From positions 320,437-384,436 of the forward strand of contig JABSRZ010000003.1 in NCBI GenBank assembly GCA_013214705.1: a stretch of DNA of 64,000 nucleotides. Reading direction: 5' to 3'. A program made the position numbers and the translations under genes. This document shows, piece after piece, positions 25,131-35,375 of this stretch; within the stretch, counting starts at the first letter, position 1, and the number at the start of each line of letters is the position of its first letter. Under the pieces are notes generated by a model, which saw nothing but the letters and a program-made list of their open reading frames with translations, was not told the origin of the DNA and searched no databases. This DNA comes from Hyphomicrobiales bacterium. GTDB lineage: Bacteria > Pseudomonadota > Alphaproteobacteria > Rhizobiales > OSC116.

Positions 25131-25638
25131 AAAAGCCCCGAAAGGTTGGGGAACGGTTGCTGAATATGCGATTGCTAGGGGTTGTTCAAGGCAATCTGCC
25201 AACCGATTTGTAACAAAATATGAGATACAAAAAAAAGGTAAATGGGTTGAATTTGCTGCAATAGACACAGCCCGTAATCTGGAATTTGGTAGTGATGGAA
25301 AGCCTGTTGTTAAAAAGGATTTTTCTGATACTGCGCGGCTTACTAGATTTCGCGCAGATAAGATGGCCACAAGCGCCGCCTCTGATGAATTAAAATATAG
25401 AGCCTTACAAGGTGAATTAATAAGAAGATCGGCAATTGTTAGTGCCGCCCAAACAGTCATATCTACTGTTAGGCAGGAAATGATTGCTTTACCGAGCAGA
25501 TTAACTCCACAGCTTGCCGCGTGTGGCGAAGATGAAGCCGCAATTAATGAGGTTTTGACAGAAGCTGTCAATGAAGTGATGACGAGTTTGTATGAATTGT
25601 CAAAAATAAAACATGCTGACAGAACAACAAATAATTGA
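25114..25638 (+). CDS. Terminase small subunit (Nu1-like)
   Basis: ATG at 25114 (the track start 25105 is a TTG). N-terminal HTH-like WGTVAEYAIARGCSRQSANRFVTKY, then ...LKYRALQGELIRRSAIV. Directly precedes and overlaps the large subunit gene. Confidence 0.65.
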   Translation: MGKVTKKAPKGWGTVAEYAIARGCSRQSANRFVTKYEIQKKGKWVEFAAIDTARNLEFGSDGKPVVKKDFSDTARLTRFRADKMATSAASDELKYRALQGELIRRSAIVSAAQTVISTVRQEMIALPSRLTPQLAACGEDEAAINEVLTEAVNEVMTSLYELSKIKHADRTTNN

Positions 25639-27445
25639 TAGCCAGGCCGACGAACTTGCGCGCGATTATTTTAGTGTTTTCAAACCCAAAACAACCCGCA
25701 CATTGTCACAATGGGCAGATGAAGAAAGGTATGTAGCCAAAGGAACAAGTTCCGAACCCGGCAAATGGAAAACCAGTCGCGTTGAATATATGCGCGAAAT
25801 TATGGATATTTCGACCAGCGGTACGATAAGCGAACTGATCTTAATGGGCGGTTCTCAATGGGGAAAGACAGAATTTATTCTGAATCTTATGGCTTTCTTT
25901 ATAAGCGAAGACCCCTCGCCTATCTTGTTTATCAACCCAAAGAAGGAATCTGCAGAGGAATTTAGTGAAGAGCGTTTCACGCCAATGATTAAAGCAACTC
26001 CTTGCTTGTCTAAAAAAATTGAACCTAATAAAAGCCGTGATAGTCGAAATACGATCACGAATAAGAGTTTCAAGAATGATGCTCATGTGGCTTTTGTAGG
26101 TTCTAACGTACCAAATGATGTTGCCAGTCGCTCACGCAGAATTATTGTTGGTGATGAAATTGACCGATGGGCTGTGAGTGCTGGCAAAGACGGTGACGTA
26201 GCGACATTAGCGCGGCAACGCATAAAAAACTGGTGGAACAGCTTTATTGCTTGGGTTTCTACCCCAGTAGATTTTGAAACATCTATTATTTTTAGGCATT
26301 GGCTGGGTAGTGATCAGAGACATAGATATTACACTTGCCCGGATTGTGGGCACGCACACCATTTGGAATGGGAAAATGTAAAATGGGAAGGTGATGATAA
26401 ACATAGTTCACCTGAAACAGCATATTATCAATGTCCCGAATGCCCAAGTAAATGGAATGATGTTACACGATGGAAATTGGACAAAACAGGGGAATGGAAA
26501 AAACATAACCCAGATTCAAAAATAGCTGGATTTCATATAAGCCAATTATACAGCCCATGGGTCAAACTCTCGACCATGGTTTTTGAATATTTAGACTCTC
26601 GCGGCAAACCTTTAATGGAAAAGGCATTTCAAAACACGGTTTTGGGCTTACCATTCGAAGATAAAAAGGGCGCTGGTGTAGAGGTTGAAATGCTTCTAAA
26701 CCGCCGTGAAGAAATACCAAAATTTACGATGCCAGAACGATCTGGTTTAATAACCATGGGTGTTGACGTACAGGGTGACCGTTTAGAAGTTAAAATGGTG
26801 GCTTGGGGCCTTAATGATGAGAGTTGGATATTAGATAAGTATAAAATATTTGGTGACCCAACAGGTAGCGCAGTTTGGAAAGACTTAGAAGAAGTTATTA
26901 AAAAACGGCGTTACAAGCATCCTTTAAGAGAAACTCCATTCAGAATTGAAGCCACTGCAATCGATAGTGGGCATGAAACCCAAAGGGTCTATAAATTCGC
27001 CGCTCGAATGCAAATTCAAGGGCACAATGTCTATGCGATTAAAGGTGTGCCAGGTAGCGGCCGGCCAATTTGGCTGCAGAGTAAAAAACAGATCAAACTA
27101 ACCAAACTATTTTTGGTGGGTGTTGATGATGCAAAAGCCACGATATATGGCCGATTGGCGACTGAAAATGGTCAAGGACAAATACACTTTTCCACCCGAT
27201 TGGAAAAAGATTATTTTGAAGAATTAATTGCCGAAAAAATAATATTAGAAACCGATAAAAATGGTTTTGAAGTTAAACGCTGGTATTTGCCCAGCGGCGT
27301 TAGAAATGAAGCCTTTGACTTAATGGTTTATGCAATGGCGGCTAAAGAGAGCCGTGACATTGATATTGAAAGCCGTTTGCGGAATATGACGAAACCAAAA
27401 GAAAAAATTGATTTTGGCAAGTTAGGAAAATCATTAAATGGCTAA
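25613..27445 (+). CDS. Terminase large subunit, GpA family
   Basis: TLSQWADEERYV...PGKWKTSRVEYMREIMD...LMGGSQWGKTE (P-loop). Zinc-finger-like CPDCGH...CPECPSKW. 610 aa. Confidence 0.85.
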   Translation: MLTEQQIIDSQADELARDYFSVFKPKTTRTLSQWADEERYVAKGTSSEPGKWKTSRVEYMREIMDISTSGTISELILMGGSQWGKTEFILNLMAFFISEDPSPILFINPKKESAEEFSEERFTPMIKATPCLSKKIEPNKSRDSRNTITNKSFKNDAHVAFVGSNVPNDVASRSRRIIVGDEIDRWAVSAGKDGDVATLARQRIKNWWNSFIAWVSTPVDFETSIIFRHWLGSDQRHRYYTCPDCGHAHHLEWENVKWEGDDKHSSPETAYYQCPECPSKWNDVTRWKLDKTGEWKKHNPDSKIAGFHISQLYSPWVKLSTMVFEYLDSRGKPLMEKAFQNTVLGLPFEDKKGAGVEVEMLLNRREEIPKFTMPERSGLITMGVDVQGDRLEVKMVAWGLNDESWILDKYKIFGDPTGSAVWKDLEEVIKKRRYKHPLRETPFRIEATAIDSGHETQRVYKFAARMQIQGHNVYAIKGVPGSGRPIWLQSKKQIKLTKLFLVGVDDAKATIYGRLATENGQGQIHFSTRLEKDYFEELIAEKIILETDKNGFEVKRWYLPSGVRNEAFDLMVYAMAAKESRDIDIESRLRNMTKPKEKIDFGKLGKSLNG

Positions 27446-27695
27446 ATTGACCAACGAACAAGAACTTGCTGACATTTACGAAGTGCTTATGGCTTGGGCT
27501 AAAGGTGAAAGTGTTACAGAAGCCAGATTCTCGGATAGATTTGTTAGTTATAGAATTATGGACCACAACCATTTGGTGAATATGTATAAACGGATTTGGG
27601 CAAAATGTGATGCAGCGGCCCAAGCGGAATTTGACATAGATATGTTTAATGGCCCACAACGCGGCGCACCGAAAAGGAGAATAAATGTCTTCTGA
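27438..27695 (+). CDS. Head-tail joining protein gpW-like
   Basis: 85 aa, between terminase and portal as in lambda. The pattern resembles gpW loosely. Confidence 0.5.
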   Translation: MAKLTNEQELADIYEVLMAWAKGESVTEARFSDRFVSYRIMDHNHLVNMYKRIWAKCDAAAQAEFDIDMFNGPQRGAPKRRINVF

Positions 27696-29235
27696 TAATA
27701 TTAGCGCCGCACAGCATAAAATTTTGACTTATGGCCCCAATGCACAAAGTTCACAAAGCGAATTAAAAAAATACGGAAAACCAAATTCAGCAAAAGCAAA
27801 TGATTTGGTAATTAATAACCCAATTGCAAAAAACGCAGCACGAATTTACCGTGAGTCAATTGTTGGCCAGAAATTAAAATTGCAACTTCGGCCGATGTTT
27901 TCAGCCCTTGGCATTAAACAAGATGTAAGCGATGAATTTGCTGAAATATTCGAAAATGAGTTTGATCTTTGGGCAAACAGCATAAGTTTTGATGCTGATG
28001 CAAGCAGAAAACAGAGTTTTACTGGCTTACTTAGAACAATAGCCAATACAAGGTTTCTGACAGGGCATTCATTTGCCGCAATGGAATGGAAAAAAAGCCA
28101 ATCTGGTTATAAAACATGTTTGAATCTGATAGACCCTGCCCGTATTTGCAACCCAAATGGGGCACAAAACACCCATAACATTCAAAATGGTGTTCACCTA
28201 GACAATGAAGGCGCAGCAATAGGTTATTATGTCTGCAGCCAACACCCCAATGAATGGATGCACCGTGGATTAAAAACTTGGAAATATATATCTCGGTTTA
28301 CAAAACATGGTCGCCCAATGATGTTGCATTGTTTTGATGTTGAAAGACCTGAACAAACAGCAGGTTTAAGCAGGTTTTCCTCTACGGCCTCAAATATCAA
28401 AAAATTATCAATTTATAATGATGCAGAACTCGACCGCGCGATGCTGCAAAGCATGTTTGGCGCTTATATTAAAAGTGTCCTCAATTATGAAGACGCGATG
28501 GCGGTAGTATCTGGCGATGATGACCCCGATGGAAATAAAATAGAACAAATTAATGCCGCCGCATTGGAAGCTGCCAATAGTTATTATGCGGAGACCAAAA
28601 AAATTGGCGGCGCGGCTCTAATGCATTTGTTGCCCAATGAAGATATTGGTTTAGTTCAACCTGAACAGGCGGTGGATGCCTATGAAGCTTTCAACAAAAT
28701 TGGGCAAAGAGAAATTGCCGCTGGGTTTGGAATTGACCCGCATAGCCTTTCTAAAAATTATAGCGATGTCAGTTATAATGCCGCCCGCGCCGCAGCAGAA
28801 GATGCGTGGCGTAGTTATTTGACCGAACGACAAGATGTAATAGACCAAGTGGCAATGCCTGTCGTTGGCTGTTTTATGGAAGAATCCATCGATGCTAAAC
28901 GTATTTTATTGCCCAAGGGCTTAGTAGGCGGCTTTTATCAAAATAAACAAGCTTTATGCCGTGGTGATTTTATGGGTTGGACCAAACCCAATATTGACCA
29001 GGTGAAGACTGCTAAAGCCCATGAAATTGAAGTAAAAATGGGCACAATCTCCAAGACGGAGATTTGCGCCAGTCGCGGTGTTGATTTTCGAGATGTCATG
29101 ACAGAAGTGGCTCGAGAGAAAAAATACTTGAAAAAGTTGGGGCTAACTGCCGAAGATTTTAACCCCGAATTATTGTTTAACCAACAAGAAACCAAACCCG
29201 AAAAAGAAGATGAGGATAAAAACGATGACGAATAA
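27685..29235 (+). CDS. Portal protein, lambda family
   Basis: 516 aa behind AAAGGAGA. Position and size match lambda gpB. Acidic C-terminus. Confidence 0.8.
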   Translation: MSSDNISAAQHKILTYGPNAQSSQSELKKYGKPNSAKANDLVINNPIAKNAARIYRESIVGQKLKLQLRPMFSALGIKQDVSDEFAEIFENEFDLWANSISFDADASRKQSFTGLLRTIANTRFLTGHSFAAMEWKKSQSGYKTCLNLIDPARICNPNGAQNTHNIQNGVHLDNEGAAIGYYVCSQHPNEWMHRGLKTWKYISRFTKHGRPMMLHCFDVERPEQTAGLSRFSSTASNIKKLSIYNDAELDRAMLQSMFGAYIKSVLNYEDAMAVVSGDDDPDGNKIEQINAAALEAANSYYAETKKIGGAALMHLLPNEDIGLVQPEQAVDAYEAFNKIGQREIAAGFGIDPHSLSKNYSDVSYNAARAAAEDAWRSYLTERQDVIDQVAMPVVGCFMEESIDAKRILLPKGLVGGFYQNKQALCRGDFMGWTKPNIDQVKTAKAHEIEVKMGTISKTEICASRGVDFRDVMTEVAREKKYLKKLGLTAEDFNPELLFNQQETKPEKEDEDKNDDE

Positions 29236-30508
29236 ATTCTCATATATATTGGAACGTATGCATCGACCGTTAATGCTAACTGAAGAAAAAGCCATTACAA
29301 TTTTTCAAGTTATGTCTGGCCGCATCGACAGTTCGCAAATAACAGATGATGAGTCACTGACTATCGAAGCTTCTAGCGGTCAAATTCGAGCAAGTGATTA
29401 TTGCCACGATGTAATTGGTGATATTGCAGTGATAAAAGTTATAGGCTCATTGGTACATCGCGGTGGTTGGATTGGTGCCCGTTCTGGTTTGGTGAGTTAT
29501 CAAGGTTTAACCCGACAATTAGATGCGGCTGAAAATGACCCACAAATTAAAACGATACTATTTGAATATGACTGCCCAGGTGGAGAAGTAGCTGGGGTAT
29601 TTGAACTAGCCAATAAAATTCGAAACTGCGGCAAACATACTGTTGCATTTGCAAATAATTTAGCTGCTTCGGCGGCTTTTTTGTTGGCTAGTGCATGTGA
29701 TGAAAGATATGTCACTGATCTTGGGTATGTGGGATCAATCGGTGTTGTTACAATCCATCAAGACATTTCGCAAAAGCTTGAAAAAGAAGGAGTTGTGATC
29801 ACCGCAATATATGCCGGCGCTGACAAAACAGAGGGCTGGGCACATAAACCAATAAGTGAAAGTTTTAAAGCCAGTCGCCAGCAAGATATTGATTATATCT
29901 ATGAACAATTCACAGCATTTGTAGCTGTTGGGCTGGATGTAACGCAAGAACATGTGGTTGGTACCAATGCCAAATCATTCCGAGGCCAACATGCGGTGGA
30001 TGCAAAACTAGCCGATGGCGTAACCACCTATGACCAACTTATTTTGAAATTAACTGCAAACCAGCCGCAATTTAGTGGCGCAACAAAGGAGACAATAATG
30101 TCTGAACCAAAAGCAGAAGGTGCGCCCGGCAATGAAGCTGGTGTGACACAAGCGGCACATGATAGTGCTGTTGAAAAGGCATCAAATGATGCAACCGTAA
30201 CCGCAACAGCCCGAATTGGTGAAATCTTAGGGTGTGAAGAAGCAAAAGGCCGCGAAGTTCAAGCCAACCACATTGCTTTTAATACTGAGATGAGCGCCGA
30301 AGATGCCAAAGGCATGCTTGGTGCATCGGCCAAAACTGTTGCCAAAACGCATGAACTTGGCGATGGTCAATCCGATTTTCAAAAAGAAATGGCAAAAGGT
30401 GAAAACCAACCACAAATTGGCGCAGAAGGTGGCAAAAATTCTGGGAATCAAAATCCTAACCTTGCGGATCGCTTTTCTGCACGTCACAAACTTAGCGTGG
30501 TGAAATAA
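29225..30508 (+). CDS. S49 (SppA/ClpP-like) head maturation protease fused to a scaffold-like C-terminal region
   Basis: ATG at 29225. FEYDCPGGEVAGVFELANKIR and NNLAASAAFLLASACD (S49 Ser region). The C-terminal third is Ala/Glu/Lys-rich, as in scaffolds. Confidence 0.8.
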   Translation: MTNKFSYILERMHRPLMLTEEKAITIFQVMSGRIDSSQITDDESLTIEASSGQIRASDYCHDVIGDIAVIKVIGSLVHRGGWIGARSGLVSYQGLTRQLDAAENDPQIKTILFEYDCPGGEVAGVFELANKIRNCGKHTVAFANNLAASAAFLLASACDERYVTDLGYVGSIGVVTIHQDISQKLEKEGVVITAIYAGADKTEGWAHKPISESFKASRQQDIDYIYEQFTAFVAVGLDVTQEHVVGTNAKSFRGQHAVDAKLADGVTTYDQLILKLTANQPQFSGATKETIMSEPKAEGAPGNEAGVTQAAHDSAVEKASNDATVTATARIGEILGCEEAKGREVQANHIAFNTEMSAEDAKGMLGASAKTVAKTHELGDGQSDFQKEMAKGENQPQIGAEGGKNSGNQNPNLADRFSARHKLSVVK

Positions 30509-30509
30509 T

Positions 30510-30863
30510 ATGGCTGAATTACTAGCAGGGTCAACAACCCACACAAGTACACCAGAAGATCTAATGCATGGTGGTGTTAAAACCAATTCGTTCACTGCTC
30601 CAATTGGCTTCACATGCGTTCGCGGTGAAGTCGTATGTTTTGAAGCTGGAAAATTGGTCAAATTGATCGAAGCCAAAAAAGCATTGGCATTTGGTGTAAT
30701 GGTCCACACTCAAACAGCCGCATTGGCCGCAGAAAATGAATTGCCAGTTTATATTGGTGGTCAGGTCAATAGCGATAAAATCACTCTAAATACAGTTGCT
30801 TTAAGTGATGTCATTGAGCCATTGAGCCGCCGTGGCATAACAATTAACAAATTTGGAGCATAA
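30510..30863 (+). CDS. Head decoration protein (gpD-like)
   Basis: 117 aa, directly before the major capsid gene. FGVMVH...LPVYIGGQVNSDKI resembles the HDPD pattern. Confidence 0.55.
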   Translation: MAELLAGSTTHTSTPEDLMHGGVKTNSFTAPIGFTCVRGEVVCFEAGKLVKLIEAKKALAFGVMVHTQTAALAAENELPVYIGGQVNSDKITLNTVALSDVIEPLSRRGITINKFGA

Positions 30864-30865
30864 AT

Positions 30866-31891
30866 ATGGATATTTACAGCACTACTTCAATAGCGGGTTT
30901 AGTAACCGTTCAAATGCCTTTTGTTTCGTTCTTTCTACAACGTTTTTTTCCGACCGTAATGGTCTTTGACAAAGAAGAAATTGCGTTCGATAAAATTATT
31001 AAAGACCAACGACTTGCACCATTTGTATCGCCATTTGTTAAAGGTCGCGTGAATAAAAAAACTGGCAGCACAACCCAAACTTTTAAACCGGCCTACTTAA
31101 AACCACTTGACGATGTCCGGCCTACAGATGTTCAAACTCGTATGCCAGGCGAAGCAATAGGCGGCACCCGTTCTTTACAAGACAAATTTGATGATGCTTT
31201 AGCCGAAGTTGCTATGGATCAAGATCAACAAATTGATCGCCGCAAAGAAGTCATGGCCGTTGAAACTTTGCTAACTGGCAAAGTCGTTATAGAAGGTCCT
31301 GACTATCCAAAACAAGAAATTGATTTTGGTCGCGATGCCAGTTTAAATATTACTTTGGCTGGCACGGATAAATGGGACGATGCGTTAAGTGATCCTTGTT
31401 CTGACTTAGAAACTTGGTCTGGTCTTATTCGTAAAAAATGTGGTTCTGCCGGCAGTGATGTGGTTATGACAGATTCCGTGTGGAATAAACTTCGCAAAAA
31501 TAAAGAGTTTCGCGACCAATTGGATATTAAACGCGGAATTGAAGAAATTCCAAACATTGACCCGCGCGTTGCCGAGGTAGTTCAATATAAAGGCATGTGG
31601 GGGCAATTCCATTTGTGGACATATGGCAACAGCTATGAAGATGTCGACGGCAATACTGTTGACGTTATGACAGGTAATAAACTGCTCATGGTGGCTGTTG
31701 GACAGAACGGTTTACGCGGTGTTCAAGCTCATGGTGCTATTTATGACATTAAAGCTGGTCTGCAGCCGCTTGAAAAGTTCTATAAAATGTGGGAAGAAAA
31801 TGACCCATCGGTTATGATGTGTATGACACAATCTGCACCATTAATGGTGCCTGCACAAATTAATGCTTCCCTAGTTGTGGAGGTATTTTGA
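30866..31891 (+). CDS. Major capsid protein, lambda gpE family
   Basis: 341 aa. Position after the protease and decoration genes. N-terminal MDIYSTTSIAGLVTVQMPFVSFFLQRFFP resembles the gpE family. Confidence 0.75.
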   Translation: MDIYSTTSIAGLVTVQMPFVSFFLQRFFPTVMVFDKEEIAFDKIIKDQRLAPFVSPFVKGRVNKKTGSTTQTFKPAYLKPLDDVRPTDVQTRMPGEAIGGTRSLQDKFDDALAEVAMDQDQQIDRRKEVMAVETLLTGKVVIEGPDYPKQEIDFGRDASLNITLAGTDKWDDALSDPCSDLETWSGLIRKKCGSAGSDVVMTDSVWNKLRKNKEFRDQLDIKRGIEEIPNIDPRVAEVVQYKGMWGQFHLWTYGNSYEDVDGNTVDVMTGNKLLMVAVGQNGLRGVQAHGAIYDIKAGLQPLEKFYKMWEENDPSVMMCMTQSAPLMVPAQINASLVVEVF

Positions 31892-32238
31892 TGTCTAAAG
31901 AAATTTGTGCAAAGACTATTCGGTTTAGCGGCAAAACTTACCAAATTGGCCAGGCAATTGAAATTGATGATGCTGATGAAGTTACTCGGTTGAAGGACTT
32001 GGGTGCTTTGGTTGTCGATGCGGTGGCTGAAACTGAAACTACCAATGATTCAGAAGATGAACCCGCCACGCTTGACCAAATTGTTGATGCAATTGGTCGC
32101 TTGGATGAAGACGGACTTAACAAAGATGGTTCGCCAAGTGTAACCGCTGTTCGTGATCTTCTTGGTGATTTAACCGTTGAAGGCTCGGCAATCAAAGAAG
32201 CCGTTGAATATATTGCGTTACAAAACAAAGAAGACTAA
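31891..32238 (+). CDS. Hypothetical acidic head-associated protein
   Basis: ATG at 31891 behind GGAGG, overlapping the capsid stop by 1 nt. Confidence 0.5.
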   Translation: MSKEICAKTIRFSGKTYQIGQAIEIDDADEVTRLKDLGALVVDAVAETETTNDSEDEPATLDQIVDAIGRLDEDGLNKDGSPSVTAVRDLLGDLTVEGSAIKEAVEYIALQNKED

Positions 32239-32255
32239 ATTATTGGGGTGAGTTT

Positions 32256-32666
32256 ATGCGAACTGCTAGAGCTTTTGAGCGGATGGAGGCCAGCCTCGAC
32301 CGCAGCTTTGCGCAGCCAGTTAAATTCACCCCAATTTCACAACATGAAGACGTTAGCGCTTCGGGGGATGCTACTGCAGACCTAGATAGAAGCGTTGAAA
32401 CAGTAAATGCAATATTTGAAACATCTTTTATAAATTACCAATTAGGTAGAAATATGAAAGGCATGAGAAATGACTCATTCAACGAGATTATGGATGATTT
32501 CCCAATCTGTCTATTGAAAAAAGGCTCCTTAACTTTTGACTTGAAAAAAGGTGATGAGTTAGAAGTCGTAGATGCAAACGATTTGTATTCTATCTCGAAC
32601 ATAAAACCAGATGAATTAGGTCGAATTTTACTTAGTCTGAAAAAAATAACAGTGAGCCAAATATGA
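32256..32666 (+). CDS. Hypothetical head-tail connector/completion protein
   Basis: Assigned from its position between the capsid and tail genes. No motif recognised. Confidence 0.4.
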   Translation: MRTARAFERMEASLDRSFAQPVKFTPISQHEDVSASGDATADLDRSVETVNAIFETSFINYQLGRNMKGMRNDSFNEIMDDFPICLLKKGSLTFDLKKGDELEVVDANDLYSISNIKPDELGRILLSLKKITVSQI

Positions 32667-33367
32667 GTCTTCAAAGATTATTATTGCGGCGCATGATTGT
32701 GGCGATGTTAAAAAATGGTTCAGAAGCGCCATACCCTACGCTTGCCGAGGGAAATGTTTTTGATAGCAAAATTGATAGTCTCAATACTTTAGACGATAAA
32801 GCCATCCCAATCATTTCTGTTTATACGGACAAGGATGTCGGATTCAATTATCGAAGTGATAATTATGAATTAAAAAATGTCGAGATAATTATTGAATTTA
32901 GAATTGCGTCAGTGGACCCAGAAGGTGTGTCGGTACCGACAACCGATTTCGAATTAGAGATTAAACTTGATATGTTGGAGCAACAAATCAAGAATTGCAT
33001 AAACAATCTCAACAACCCAATTACAGAAATATTTCAGAATTTTGTTACCAATATTGAAGGATGGAACAGCAATAGAATTGCTACAGAGCAATCGGGTTTA
33101 AAGTTTGCGGCTAGACAAATTCAATTCTTTGCTACCATTTGTGACGATGAATTTCCACCGGTAGAGGCCATTAGTCATGCTGACAACGTGGCAAATATCA
33201 GAGCTTTATTTGCACCCATAAATATTGATGGTCACCTAGATAAAACTTTAGATTATTTAGCAAACCAAATCAAAACACCTGTAGACCCATCCGACAAATT
33301 AGAAACAATTAGCATTACGTCAAATGGCGTAGAAAGCTCTGTAGAGCCCAACCAACCCCAAACATAA
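32663..33367 (+). CDS. Hypothetical head-tail connector/completion protein
   Basis: ATGA overlap with the upstream gene. Assigned by position only. Confidence 0.4.
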   Translation: MSLQRLLLRRMIVAMLKNGSEAPYPTLAEGNVFDSKIDSLNTLDDKAIPIISVYTDKDVGFNYRSDNYELKNVEIIIEFRIASVDPEGVSVPTTDFELEIKLDMLEQQIKNCINNLNNPITEIFQNFVTNIEGWNSNRIATEQSGLKFAARQIQFFATICDDEFPPVEAISHADNVANIRALFAPINIDGHLDKTLDYLANQIKTPVDPSDKLETISITSNGVESSVEPNQPQT

Positions 33368-33379
33368 ACTGGAGAACGC

Positions 33380-33550
33380 ATGTTTATTAAACCATGTGCG
33401 GGCCGCGCTGTGCGTGACCCAGAAACAAGCCAATTGCTACATGAAAATGGGCAAAATAAACCCGATACGCCTTATTGGCAGAAGCGGCTCATTGCTGGTG
33501 ACGTAATAAAAATCAAATCACCAAAATCTAAAAAGGAAACTAAATCATGA
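33380..33550 (+). CDS. DUF2635 (Mu gp38-like) small protein
   Basis: 56-aa ORF missing from the track: MFIKPCAGRAVRDPETSQLLHENGQNKPDTPYWQKRLIAGDVIKIKSPKSKKETKS. Behind GGAGAA. Its stop overlaps the sheath start (ATGA). The pattern matches DUF2635 as I recall it. Confidence 0.6.
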   Translation: MFIKPCAGRAVRDPETSQLLHENGQNKPDTPYWQKRLIAGDVIKIKSPKSKKETKS

Positions 33551-34992
33551 TTCCACAATCTCTCCGAACTCCGGGCAATTATTTTGATATTTCTGCCGCG
33601 CCAACGCCATTCAACAGCAAAAACAAACAATTGTTGTTTGGGAATATGATTGAAGCCGGTGGCACAATGGGCACCGCAACAATTGATACCCCTGTTTTAT
33701 GTACCAAAAGCACAATTGACCTATTATTTGGTGCAAAATCGATGTTGGCGGCAATGTATCGTAAAGCTTCGACCATCAAACCATTTCAAGAAATTTGGGC
33801 TGTACCATTGCTTGCGGTTGGTGTGGCCATGTCTGGTTCAATTACCGTTGCTGATGCTTCAACCAATTTAGGCCAATCCATTTTTTATATTGCTGGCGAA
33901 CGAATTAGCGTTGAAATTCAGTCTGGCGAAACAAACGATGACGTTGCAGCAAATATCGCCAATATTATTAATGCCAGCAGTGTTTGTGTAGATGCTACTG
34001 TTGCCCTATCTGTTGTCACTTTAACCTGTGTTCATAAAGGTGGTTTGTCGGTTTCTTTGGCATTAGATGTCGTTGGCGATGAGGGAAGTGTTGGTAAAAA
34101 CACTTTAACATTTAGTGGCCCAGCTTTAGCGGGTGGCAATGGTGCGCCAGATGAATCAACTGCCCTATTGAATCTAGGTGAAGAAGAATATGATTTTCTT
34201 ACAACACCGTTCAATGACACTTCCAACCTCGACCGTATGCGTGACTTTTTAGATGCCCGTTGGGGTTATGATTCTCAATTATATGGACAGTGCGTAACTG
34301 CAACCAGTGGGACAGTGGGTGAACTCTCTGCGATTGGCTTAGCTCGAAACGACAAATATATCACCAATTTGGGCACAAGTGACAGCGTAAGCCCTGTATG
34401 GGAATGGGCTGCCGCTTACGGCGTAATATTGGCATCACATCTTGGTGACGCGCCCGAATTGAGCCGCCCCCTACAAGGGCTAGTTCTTGAAGGTTTACGT
34501 TTGCCTAAAACCATTTTCGACCAGAGCGAACGTAATGTATTGCTTTATGATGGCATTGCCACTTTCAAGAAAAACCCAGGTGGCCAAGTCTTAATCGACC
34601 GAGCCATCACAATGTATCGGCTAACGGATGAAGGCAATGCCGATGCTAGTTGGCTGGACACAAATACATTAGCGCAAGTTATGTATTTTGTTCGTTATCA
34701 GCATTCACGATTAAGCGGAACTTTCAACCGAATGGCACTGGCGGATAGCAACCCCAACAACCTTAAAACTGTGGTTACGGTTGAAGACATACGCCAGAAT
34801 CTAATTCAAGGTTATATGCGCCTTATGAAATTGGCCGTGTGCGAAAATATAGACAAATACGAAGAATTGCTGACTGTTGCGCGCTCTGGCAACGATAGCA
34901 ACCGCGTTGATATTGGCATTGATGCCGATTGGGTTAACCAGCTCATGGTTATGGCAATTAGCGTTAAATCTCACCTCCAAATTGAAGGATAA
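33547..34992 (+). CDS. Contractile tail sheath protein (Mu gpL-like)
   Basis: 481 aa, followed by tube, chaperone and tape measure genes. The N-terminus MIPQSLRTPGNYFDIS is typical of sheath proteins. Confidence 0.8.
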   Translation: MIPQSLRTPGNYFDISAAPTPFNSKNKQLLFGNMIEAGGTMGTATIDTPVLCTKSTIDLLFGAKSMLAAMYRKASTIKPFQEIWAVPLLAVGVAMSGSITVADASTNLGQSIFYIAGERISVEIQSGETNDDVAANIANIINASSVCVDATVALSVVTLTCVHKGGLSVSLALDVVGDEGSVGKNTLTFSGPALAGGNGAPDESTALLNLGEEEYDFLTTPFNDTSNLDRMRDFLDARWGYDSQLYGQCVTATSGTVGELSAIGLARNDKYITNLGTSDSVSPVWEWAAAYGVILASHLGDAPELSRPLQGLVLEGLRLPKTIFDQSERNVLLYDGIATFKKNPGGQVLIDRAITMYRLTDEGNADASWLDTNTLAQVMYFVRYQHSRLSGTFNRMALADSNPNNLKTVVTVEDIRQNLIQGYMRLMKLAVCENIDKYEELLTVARSGNDSNRVDIGIDADWVNQLMVMAISVKSHLQIEG

Positions 34993-34997
34993 AAAAC

Positions 34998-35375
34998 ATG
35001 GCTAAACCGGTAGCTGGACGTATAACGTTCAAATTTAATGGCGAAAAACACGTAACAACGGGCGGATGTGAAATCGAACCTTGGAATTTTGAAGGTGCGG
35101 TAGAAAATAACGATGATGGCACGGTTTCCCAAACCGTTAAGCCGGCCTCACCCATGCTAAAAAACATGACTTTTCGGACGGTTGATGGGTTAAATACCGA
35201 TTCTATGAAAAAACATTTCACAGATGTTGATATTACATTCGAAGATTTGGACAGTGGCCTAATCTATTATTTCAACGAAGCATTTGTCGTTGGTAAACCA
35301 AGCTATAAATCTGAAAATGGTGAAATTAGCAACCTTGACTTTGCATCAAATGATGTGCGTGTGGTCAACAAATGA
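34998..35375 (+). CDS. Tail tube protein (Mu gpM-like)
   Basis: 125 aa, immediately after the sheath gene. Confidence 0.7.
   Translation: MAKPVAGRITFKFNGEKHVTTGGCEIEPWNFEGAVENNDDGTVSQTVKPASPMLKNMTFRTVDGLNTDSMKKHFTDVDITFEDLDSGLIYYFNEAFVVGKPSYKSENGEISNLDFASNDVRVVNK

Noticed and set aside
24996-25571. 191-aa minus-strand ORF across the cos/Nu1 region
   Set aside because: Antisense shadow of the Nu1-like gene. Its Ala/Ser/Leu-rich translation has no motif, and it would run against the co-directional late operon.
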